From the IMG/VR virus record IMGVR_UViG_3300023223_000319, positions 1 to 54,040 of that record: DNA of 54,040 nt, one strand, 5' to 3'. The position numbers and the translations under genes are program-made. The notes below the pieces were generated by a model. It was not told the DNA's origin. It saw only the letters and a list, made by a program, of their open reading frames with translations, and made no database searches. This DNA comes from a virus. Lineage: Duplodnaviria; Caudoviricetes. Shown piece after piece: positions 17,936 to 25,763 of the stretch. Every line of letters begins with the position of its first letter. Within the stretch, counting starts at the first letter, position 1.

Positions 17936-19498
17936 ATGAAAATCAACCCTTTAACTCAAATTGACTTCTACAAAGCCGATCACAGGCGTCAATATCCAGA
18001 CGGAACTACGCTGGTGTACTCTAATTTCACCCCTCGCAGCGATAAGCTTGCGCCTATCCTAGAAGAATTTTGGGATGGCAAGATTACATTCTACGGGCTT
18101 CAGGGTTTTTGTAAGTGGTTCCTGATTGATCTATGGAATGCTGAATTCTTCAATAAGCCAAAAGATATTGTGGTGAAGAAATATAAGCGCAGAATGGATA
18201 CTTCTTTAGGCGTTGACGCTATCGATATTGCCCACATTGAAGCTCTGCATGACCTGGGATATCTACCTGTCAAGATCAAGGCACTCCCCGAAGGCTCTCA
18301 AGTTGGCATGAAAGTCCCGGTATTTACCATTGAAAACACGCTACCTGAATTCTTCTGGCTGACTAACTACCTTGAGTCGGTAATGAGCACGGAGATATGG
18401 AAGCCGTGCACTACTGCAACCATTGCATTTCAGTATAAAAAGCTGCTTACGAGCTATGCAGTGGCAACAGGGGCTCCTTTAGACTTCGTACCTATCCAGT
18501 GTCACGACTTCAGCTTACGCGGCCTCAGCGGACTGCATGACGCCCACTCTAGCGCATCCGGCCACTTGCTTAGCTTTGTTGGTACGGACTCAATTCCAGC
18601 CATCGACTATTTAGAAGAGTATTACAATGCAGACTGCGAGAAAGAGCTTGTGGGTTGTAGCGTACCGGCGACAGAGCATTCAGTGATGTGTATGGGCGGC
18701 CAGGATGATGAGATAGGAACTTTCCGGCGCCTTATTACTGAAACCTATCCTGCTGGAGTGGTCTCTATAGTGTCTGATACTTGGGATTTCTGGAAGGTTG
18801 TCACTGAGTACACCGTGGCCCTGAAAGATGAAATCATGAGTCGGAAGCCCAATGTCATCGGATTAAATAAGGTGGTCTTGCGTCCAGATAGCGGCGATCC
18901 TATACGGATTATTTGCGGTTATACCGAAGATGAGATAATCAGAGATCCTCATGGCTGCATCCAAGTCAAGGCGAGCTCTGGCGCTAAAAACCTTACTGAG
19001 CATGAAGTAAGGGGCGCAGTACAGTGCTTATGGGATATATTCGGAGGTACTGAAACTTCACTGGGTTATAATTTACTCGATGAGCATATTGGCCTGATTT
19101 ACGGCGATTCAATTACCTTGCGGCGGGCCAAAGAAATCCTCCAGCGGTTGAAAGATAAGGGCTTTGCGTCCACTAACGTGGTATTTGGTGTGGGTTCCTA
19201 TACATATCAATACAATACCCGGGACACATTCGGCTTTGCCATGAAGGCAACTTATGGCGAAGTTAATGGAGAGGGGCGAGAGATATTCAAAGACCCGGCC
19301 ACTGATGACGGCATTAAGAAGTCTGCTAAAGGCCTTCTAGCTGTTGTTGATGGTTCTGACGGGTATCAGCTGGTAGGCCAATTAACCCGGGAGACTCAAG
19401 AGCTTCTCTGCGTGATGGATGTTGTGTTTGCCGATGGAGGGATGATCAGGGATCAATCTTTGTCTGGAATCCGTGAGTTAATCGATAACTCTTTGTAA
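17936..19498 (+). CDS. Nicotinamide phosphoribosyltransferase-like protein (likely NARP1 Namat)
   Basis: DFYKADH, HDFSLRG, SVPATEHSVM, SIVSDTWD, RPDSGDP, IYGDSIT, RDTFGFAMKAT, KKSAKG. Confidence 0.95.
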   Translation: MKINPLTQIDFYKADHRRQYPDGTTLVYSNFTPRSDKLAPILEEFWDGKITFYGLQGFCKWFLIDLWNAEFFNKPKDIVVKKYKRRMDTSLGVDAIDIAHIEALHDLGYLPVKIKALPEGSQVGMKVPVFTIENTLPEFFWLTNYLESVMSTEIWKPCTTATIAFQYKKLLTSYAVATGAPLDFVPIQCHDFSLRGLSGLHDAHSSASGHLLSFVGTDSIPAIDYLEEYYNADCEKELVGCSVPATEHSVMCMGGQDDEIGTFRRLITETYPAGVVSIVSDTWDFWKVVTEYTVALKDEIMSRKPNVIGLNKVVLRPDSGDPIRIICGYTEDEIIRDPHGCIQVKASSGAKNLTEHEVRGAVQCLWDIFGGTETSLGYNLLDEHIGLIYGDSITLRRAKEILQRLKDKGFASTNVVFGVGSYTYQYNTRDTFGFAMKATYGEVNGEGREIFKDPATDDGIKKSAKGLLAVVDGSDGYQLVGQLTRETQELLCVMDVVFADGGMIRDQSLSGIRELIDNSL

Positions 19499-19507
19499 TT
19501 AATAACT

Positions 19508-19542
19508 GCTCCTAGCAGGGTCGAGTCCTGCTAGGAGTACCA
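19508..19542 (+). ncRNA. 35-nt tRNA minihelix-like element
   Basis: GCTCCTA GCAGG GTCGAGT CCTGC TAGGAGT A CCA: 7-bp acceptor stem plus 5-bp T-stem, 7-nt loop, discriminator and CCA. Confidence 0.6.
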
Positions 19543-19556
19543 ATTTAAGGGTTAAT

Positions 19557-20030
19557 ATGAGCATCAAGGAAATAACCATGAAGACTAATGGAGTGAGAGG
19601 TTTCTGCGGAATCGGGCTAGATAATCCAAAGAGCAATATTAATGTTGGCGCGGCTTTAAGAGCTGCCGGAGTCTATGGCGCTTCATTTGTCGCTGCAAGT
19701 GGTGGGCGATGGACAAGCGACAAAACTGACACCATGAAAAGTTACAGGCACTTACCTTTACTACGTCCTGAGAATCTAAGGGACTTACTGCCGTATGACT
19801 GTGTTCCCGTTGCTGTTGATTTAATCGAGGGGGCAATTGCACTGCCGGAATACAAACATCCAGAAAGAGCCTTTTATATATTTGGCGCAGAGGATGCGAC
19901 GTTGGGCGAAAGAATCACTGGGTGGTGTCGAGATACTATCTACATACCAACTAACGGGTGTATGAATTTAGCGGCCACTGTAAATGTCGTGCTTTATGAC
20001 AGGCTGGCTAAAAGCTTAATTAAGGATTGA
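19557..20030 (+). CDS. SpoU/TrmH-family (SPOUT) RNA 2'-O-methyltransferase
   Basis: NPKSNINVGAALRAA, YIFGAEDATL, IPTNGCMNLAATVNVVLYD. Confidence 0.92.
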   Translation: MSIKEITMKTNGVRGFCGIGLDNPKSNINVGAALRAAGVYGASFVAASGGRWTSDKTDTMKSYRHLPLLRPENLRDLLPYDCVPVAVDLIEGAIALPEYKHPERAFYIFGAEDATLGERITGWCRDTIYIPTNGCMNLAATVNVVLYDRLAKSLIKD

Positions 20031-20031
20031 T

Positions 20032-20292
20032 ATGTCTATTGACGAAAACAGCTACAACCAAGGATCTCGCATGGCATGGCGACGAATGCTTCAGCAATGT
20101 TGCCGTGAGCTAGGATATGATGATATTGAAACAGATAAGGCCAGATGGATATTAGAGCGAGAGGCGGCTATTAGTGCGCTGCGTAGCGTCTGCTCAGGTC
20201 ATGGCGATAATGACTGGGAAGATAATTTGTACATGGGAGATATTATAGAGAAGCATTTGCTCAATAACCTTGAGTCTGCTTCTGGCGGCTAG
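20032..20292 (+). CDS. Hypothetical protein
   Basis: Packed after the methyltransferase; GDNDW...DIIEKHL. Confidence 0.6.
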   Translation: MSIDENSYNQGSRMAWRRMLQQCCRELGYDDIETDKARWILEREAAISALRSVCSGHGDNDWEDNLYMGDIIEKHLLNNLESASGG

Positions 20293-20294
20293 AT

Positions 20295-21248
20295 TTACCC
20301 TCTGTATACAGAGATAAGCCAGTCATCCCAAAAGCCTGTATCAACCTTATCTGGATAAGGCGACTTATCAGCCAAGCCCTCAACCTCGGCTATGAGGCTT
20401 TCTAGCAACGGCTGCACGAATGATAGAAAATCATAATCTCCAATCTTAATGCCTCGGATTACGTCCCTATCCTTCAGTGGATATTCAATGCAGCCATTCA
20501 AGTATATCTCCTTAAGCTGATAAGCAGCCCTGATAGCGTGAGAGACAGCCTTCCAGTCAATACCCTCATTATCCTTTGCTTGCCGCGCACGCTCACCGTA
20601 TGAGCTCCATTTTACATCCATGGAGGCGATAAACTGATGTAGCGGCATGGAATTCTGATACTTGGAGCCTAGAACCTCATAAAACTCCTGCTCTTCGCCT
20701 GATTTCAGCTTGTCGTTAATGAATCTGCAATGATCATTAACAGGCAATTTATCCCAGATAGATAATAGCTTTCTTGGCTCCGAGAGAATATGCTGCCTTG
20801 ATACATTCCATACCTCTTCAAGCGCGCCCATTCTACTGCCTTTTAGGCCATACTTGGCGGCCTGCTTCTTGGCATACCCAAGGAAGGCTTTCATATTTTT
20901 AGTGTAGAATCGGTCTTTGTTAGCCACGATAAAAGCCCATTCAGGCGAGCCACAAAGAACCATTTCCCTATTAGTGTGGGCATGCAGCATATCCAGAGCT
21001 ATAGTTTCACCCTGGCAAGCCAGCTTGATAAACTCAGGCAATGAATACCAATCGCTATCAATATCATCGGATGAGTTCTTGGTTTCGTTATTGCCGGATG
21101 ATTCGCTGACCTGCCTAGGAGACTTACCTAATAACAGCTCATCCAGCTCAGGCATGAAGACGCCTTTGTAGTCCGTGTCTGACTGAGGCGTATCAAGCCC
21201 ATACAGATGCGAGCCGTGAATGCACTGGAATAGCTTTTTGTATTTCAT
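20295..21248 (-). CDS. Pol-beta-superfamily nucleotidyltransferase (RlaP / T4 NrdC.11-like)
   Basis: GSHLYGLDTPQSDTDYKGVF, GYAKKQAAKYG.KGSR, DWKAVSHAIR. Confidence 0.88.
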   Translation of the reverse strand: MKYKKLFQCIHGSHLYGLDTPQSDTDYKGVFMPELDELLLGKSPRQVSESSGNNETKNSSDDIDSDWYSLPEFIKLACQGETIALDMLHAHTNREMVLCGSPEWAFIVANKDRFYTKNMKAFLGYAKKQAAKYGLKGSRMGALEEVWNVSRQHILSEPRKLLSIWDKLPVNDHCRFINDKLKSGEEQEFYEVLGSKYQNSMPLHQFIASMDVKWSSYGERARQAKDNEGIDWKAVSHAIRAAYQLKEIYLNGCIEYPLKDRDVIRGIKIGDYDFLSFVQPLLESLIAEVEGLADKSPYPDKVDTGFWDDWLISVYRG

Positions 21249-21793
21249 TTTGGCCCCAAGTAATAATCAATGATAATTCTGCTCAGCGTATTCCATAGCT
21301 CTTTGTCTCCGTCCTTGAGAAGGCCGAGTAATAACTGCATTTCTTTCATGTATACTTTCGCAAAGCCTGGATCATGCTGAGTTATGGACTCCGAGTTATG
21401 AATCAAGTCGGCAAGTTTTACTGTCTTGGCGCGATCAGAAATCCCTGATAGGTGTTCTCGGTCCATAGCCTTGCGAATAGCACGATTCCCATCTTCAGGC
21501 TTTGATACATCAGACGGCTCTACAACCATATTAGCGACCGTACACCCAAAGCCTGCTCTCATAATGTCTTGATGTGTTATCGTAGTATCCTCAATAACGT
21601 CGTGCAGTATCGCGGAAGTCACCATATCTACGTCATAGTAATCACAAGTCATAACAATCTTGGCAACGGCTATAGGGTGGTTGATATAGGGCTCTCCGGT
21701 GTATTTCCTTACTTGGTCGCCATGGGCTTCATTGCCGAATTTCACAGCAAAATCGATTAAATCCTGGCTTCTTTCGTAGATTATTCCGTGCAT
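21245..21793 (-). CDS. Stand-alone HD hydrolase (SpoT-hydrolase/Mesh1-like)
   Basis: AH.DQVRKYTGEPYINHP, AILHDVIEDT, VKLADLIHN. Confidence 0.9.
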   Translation of the reverse strand: MHGIIYERSQDLIDFAVKFGNEAHGDQVRKYTGEPYINHPIAVAKIVMTCDYYDVDMVTSAILHDVIEDTTITHQDIMRAGFGCTVANMVVEPSDVSKPEDGNRAIRKAMDREHLSGISDRAKTVKLADLIHNSESITQHDPGFAKVYMKEMQLLLGLLKDGDKELWNTLSRIIIDYYLGPK

Positions 21794-21804
21794 ACATTCC
21801 TCAC

Positions 21805-22011
21805 TTAATGCGCCTTATCCCCAGCCCTAACCATATCAAGCAAAGGCTTAAGCACTCCAAAATCATTGATATCTGCTTCGATATCTTCCTGATGAGCCAT
21901 GGCAAACATTAACCCAGCCTGCATTGATTCTATGGCGTCTGAGTACAGGACAAAGGCGCCTTCATCGTCTTCTTGAATATCAAATACGGTCTTTGTTTTA
22001 TAGCGTTTCAT
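21805..22011 (-). CDS. Hypothetical protein
   Basis: AGGA RBS; in the leftward run. Confidence 0.55.
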   Translation of the reverse strand: MKRYKTKTVFDIQEDDEGAFVLYSDAIESMQAGLMFAMAHQEDIEADINDFGVLKPLLDMVRAGDKAH

Positions 22012-22050
22012 ATCATTTCCTATATTGTAAAATGGTATTTGTGCAGGCGT

Positions 22051-22491
22051 TTAATTCTCTTCTTTCCGTTTCTTAATCAGTGCCCAGTGTTTAAGATCGC
22101 CCGTCTCTAAAGGGTTTAGCCCCTCCCATGCCTTTGATGGGTGCGGGTCGTGAATTACCAGTCCGGAGCTATTAATTAAAACTGCGTGTGTCACTCCGTC
22201 TTCAGGAGGGTAGTTTTTACTGGACACCGTAGCCTCTATACACCCATTAACCGTTGGTGATCTAGCAAGTCTTTCTCTGGTTTCTTCGATAGTTTTTTTA
22301 GGATGCCCCGTTCCAAGCATTTCATAGCCAATTGCGTAAACAAAGCCACAAAGAACTGGCCACCACGTATGTTCATCAAACAGCCTGAAATGAGGGACTT
22401 GTGACACATCTAGGTCAAACAGGCTGGCTATTGCTGTTTGGTGGCAGTTGCCACGGGTTCTATCTGTGATCGTTTGCGTGTGCCTAATCAT
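22051..22491 (-). CDS. Putative papain-fold (C39-like) protein
   Basis: Q...GNCHQTAIASL (Cys), THAV (His), HDP (Asp). Confidence 0.55.
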   Translation of the reverse strand: MIRHTQTITDRTRGNCHQTAIASLFDLDVSQVPHFRLFDEHTWWPVLCGFVYAIGYEMLGTGHPKKTIEETRERLARSPTVNGCIEATVSSKNYPPEDGVTHAVLINSSGLVIHDPHPSKAWEGLNPLETGDLKHWALIKKRKEEN

Positions 22492-22694
22492 TCCTCACTC
22501 TCTTTATCCGGCAGCCCAGCAATCATTTTGTTCAATTTGTCGTGAGATTTGGCATTAGCCGTCATTCGCTCATATGTTGCGCGACATATCCCCCAGTACT
22601 CTATGAAATCCTTAACAAGCCAGCCTTTGCCATGAAGTATCAAAGTAAATCTATTCAAGTAGGTATCTCCCCATAGTTTGCTGGAACATAGCAT
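22488..22694 (-). CDS. Small hypothetical protein, possible HTH
   Basis: First gene of the leftward unit; KGWLVKDFIEYWGICRATYER. Confidence 0.45.
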   Translation of the reverse strand: MLCSSKLWGDTYLNRFTLILHGKGWLVKDFIEYWGICRATYERMTANAKSHDKLNKMIAGLPDKESEE

Positions 22695-22808
22695 AAAACT
22701 GTTGGTATTTCAAATATTTAGGGGGGGCTCTATAATTGATGCAGGCCGACAGCAAGCCTATTGCTGGCACGGTGAGAGATCACCTATACCTATTTTAAGG
22801 GCGTTAAC

Positions 22809-23648
22809 ATGAGTGATGAAGGGCTACAAACCGGTGAATTGTCGCAAGAAAATCAAGCGGCTAGTGCCGAAAACCAACCTGCTGAGCAACTAAGTCAACA
22901 GGCTGGAGCGGAGTTAGCAACCGATACTGAAGGGCAGCAGGAAAAAACAGCCCAAGTTGATGAGGCAGCAGCGAAAGCAGCAGCGGCCACTCAGAAGGTT
23001 ATCAACGAAAAGCATTTTCAGACCAAGCAGGCAGAGCGAGAGCGCGACGACGCCCTGGCACAGATTGCAACGTTTGAACAGGAAAAACGAGACGCTGAAG
23101 CCGCGAGAGCCGGCGATATCCCTCCCATTCCTGAAGAGTTCGATGATAATTTTAAAGAGAAAATGGTGGAGCGAGATGCGGCTATAGCACGACAAGCCAC
23201 GTTTCAAGCTAGCCAGGCCAATTACAACCAGCAGCTGGAGAATCAGCAAGCATTAGCGCAACAGCAGGCTCAGGCGGAACGGCAGCAGAAAGTTGTTAGC
23301 TATAACGCCAAGGCAGTAGAGTTTGGTATTAATGAGGCAGAATTGCGAGCGGCAGAAAATGCAGTAATGAGTTACGGACTTTCCGATGACACATCCGCCC
23401 ACATTATGGCGGATTCAGACGGCCCGTTAATTGTTAAGCACTTGGCTGCAAACCCGGCAGACACGATGACGCTAGTGAATATGTCGCCGTTTCAACAGGG
23501 TGCATTTTTGGATCACATTAAGGCCAAAGCTAGTGCGCTTAAACCAAAACAAACGCAAACCCCCAATCCTCCGGAGATTTTGACCGGTGGTGGCGCTCAA
23601 GTTGATGTTGATAAATATCCAAATAGCGCAGGGGCAACTTTTTCATAA
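22809..23648 (+). CDS. Scaffolding protein
   Basis: Acidic Q/A/E coiled coil directly before the coat gene; GPLIVKHLAANP and PNPPE tail. Confidence 0.8.
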   Translation: MSDEGLQTGELSQENQAASAENQPAEQLSQQAGAELATDTEGQQEKTAQVDEAAAKAAAATQKVINEKHFQTKQAERERDDALAQIATFEQEKRDAEAARAGDIPPIPEEFDDNFKEKMVERDAAIARQATFQASQANYNQQLENQQALAQQQAQAERQQKVVSYNAKAVEFGINEAELRAAENAVMSYGLSDDTSAHIMADSDGPLIVKHLAANPADTMTLVNMSPFQQGAFLDHIKAKASALKPKQTQTPNPPEILTGGGAQVDVDKYPNSAGATFS

Positions 23649-23665
23649 TTTAAGGAGCCACACTC

Positions 23666-24949
23666 ATGGCTAATAACTTTAATAACTTTACGCTAGAGAT
23701 AGCGAAAGCATTCCTTGATGGCTTCGAAGCCGCAAGGGTTTTATCAAAAAACGTTAACACCCAAATGCTAGACGGCAAGTTTAATCCAGATACTGGCACG
23801 GTAACCGACTTTAAGCGTCCGACAGACTACCTGACGGTCCGGTCACCTACTGGCGATGTTTCTGGTGACACCGCATCAAATATCATTACAGGCCGCGCAC
23901 ACGGTACAGTTCAGGACTATTTCACATCTTTTGTAGAGTTCGATGAAGCTGATGAAGCTTTGAAGATGGGCAATTTGAAAGAATTACTTGCGCCTATGGC
24001 TTTGCGTGTTGTGACTGATCTCGAATTGGATTTTGGTAAGTTTATGTTAGAAAATGGTGGCTTGCTTTCCGGAGCCCCTGGTACGGCAATTACTACATGG
24101 TCAGATGTTGCAAATGCTAGCGCTGTATTGAAATCAACTGGCGTACCAAAGGATGCCCCGTGGGTTGCTGCGGTCAACTCATTCACGCAGATCACATTAG
24201 CCAATGATCAGCGCTCTTTGGGCTCTGGCGGAACATCAGGCGAGTTAATTACTCAAGCTCACAAAAACGCAATCATCAGCGATAACTTTGCTGGATTAAA
24301 GGTTATGACCGCCGATACGCTGGGAAGTTATACCACTGGCGCGGAAGCTGACCGAGTCGGTGTAATCGCAGGCGCCAACCCAGATGTTACCTATGTTGGT
24401 GCTAAAGACACGATGACTCAAAACATTCAGGTCAGTGGGTTTGGTGCCGGCGCAACAGTGATCAAAGCCGGCGAAACCTTGCAGATTTCAGGCCGTAATC
24501 GTCTTAATCTTGCTACTCGTGAGCTTATTCTGGACGCTTCTGGTGCTGCAATCCTGTTTACCGGGACTGTAACAACTGACGTAACTCTTACTGCTGGCGC
24601 TGGTATTATCAATATCACAGGGCCTGCATTGTTTGAAACTACTGCCGGTGACGGCGCTTATAATACGGTGGATTCTGCGCCTATTATTGGCGATGTTGTT
24701 ACTCTGCTTGGTGCTGCTTCTACGACTATTCAGCCTAATTTGTTCTGGCATCGAGATGCATTTTCAATCGGCTCTGTTCCGATTAAGCGTCTTAGCGCTC
24801 AGGATACTTTTGCCGAAACCAAAGACGGTATTCAGATGCGAGTTACACAAGGCTCTGACTTCCTTGCGAACACTAACAAGGTTCGTATTGATATCCGGCC
24901 TGCCTTTGCAGCGTTAAATCCTTTCTGGGCTGGGCAGCTTTTCGGCTGA
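23666..24949 (+). CDS. Major capsid protein (P22 coat family)
   Basis: 427 aa, MANNF start, PNLFWHRDAF, VRIDI..AFAALNP.WAG; strong AGGAG RBS. Confidence 0.9.
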   Translation: MANNFNNFTLEIAKAFLDGFEAARVLSKNVNTQMLDGKFNPDTGTVTDFKRPTDYLTVRSPTGDVSGDTASNIITGRAHGTVQDYFTSFVEFDEADEALKMGNLKELLAPMALRVVTDLELDFGKFMLENGGLLSGAPGTAITTWSDVANASAVLKSTGVPKDAPWVAAVNSFTQITLANDQRSLGSGGTSGELITQAHKNAIISDNFAGLKVMTADTLGSYTTGAEADRVGVIAGANPDVTYVGAKDTMTQNIQVSGFGAGATVIKAGETLQISGRNRLNLATRELILDASGAAILFTGTVTTDVTLTAGAGIINITGPALFETTAGDGAYNTVDSAPIIGDVVTLLGAASTTIQPNLFWHRDAFSIGSVPIKRLSAQDTFAETKDGIQMRVTQGSDFLANTNKVRIDIRPAFAALNPFWAGQLFG

Positions 24950-24984
24950 TAAGTAGTTGATTTAAAATATTTTCTAAGTCATGC

Positions 24985-25011
24985 AAGGGCCAGAGTCTTG
25001 GCCCTCTTCTT
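24985..25011 (+). terminator. Hairpin after the capsid gene
   Basis: AGGGCCA...TGGCCCT followed by CTTCTT. Confidence 0.5.
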
Positions 25012-25029
25012 CAAGCAAGAGAGATCATT

Positions 25030-25260
25030 ATGGATTTATTAACTGAATGGGTGAAGCCAAACGGCGTTCGTGTCTTTTTGAACGACGAAGAGCTAACGAT
25101 AGAGGAAGCAGTTAAAAACAAATGGAGTCGATTCAGCGATACCGCAGAAGGCATTGCAGAAGCCGAAGAGATTCTTGTAGCTAGAGAGCTAAGGGCAGAA
25201 GCCACGGTAGAGGCCGCAAAGGCAGCTGAGAAAGAAAACAAAACAAAGAAGTCCGCATAA
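25030..25260 (+). CDS. Small protein downstream of the coat gene
   Basis: Typical position in P22-like head clusters. Confidence 0.65.
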   Translation: MDLLTEWVKPNGVRVFLNDEELTIEEAVKNKWSRFSDTAEGIAEAEEILVARELRAEATVEAAKAAEKENKTKKSA

Positions 25261-25277
25261 TTTTGTGAGAGGTTCCC

Positions 25278-25763
25278 ATGGCCGAAACTGCGGCGAGTGT
25301 AGTAACTGACATACTTCAAGAGCTTGTTGTTCAAGGTGCCGAGCAAGAGTTAGTCGCTGACGAAACCCAGACAGCTATACGTTACCTGAATCGCTACATG
25401 TTCATGATTGACGCTCAGGGAATCTCACTGGGGTATACGGAGGTCTCAAATTTGGGCGACCCAATCACGGCCCCAAGCGGCGCAATCATGGGCATGATCA
25501 AGAATGTGGCTATCATGATGGCTCCGCAGTATGACGTAACTGTATCGCAAGCGCTGGCATCGGCAGCAAGTGAGGGCCTAGCCGCAATGCGCAAGTTAGC
25601 GCGAAACATCCAGCCTACTCAATTACCTTGTACGCTGCCTATCGGCTCAGGCAATGAGGGCGACTTCTTTGATATCGATCATTTCTTCCCTTGTACTGAT
25701 GACGAAATCCTAACAGAAACTAACAGAAACATACTGTTAGAGGACAATACTAATGGGAGTTAA
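25278..25763 (+). CDS. Head-tail adaptor (P22 gp4-like)
   Basis: GISLGY, LPIGSGN motif, size and position. Confidence 0.85.
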   Translation: MAETAASVVTDILQELVVQGAEQELVADETQTAIRYLNRYMFMIDAQGISLGYTEVSNLGDPITAPSGAIMGMIKNVAIMMAPQYDVTVSQALASAASEGLAAMRKLARNIQPTQLPCTLPIGSGNEGDFFDIDHFFPCTDDEILTETNRNILLEDNTNGS

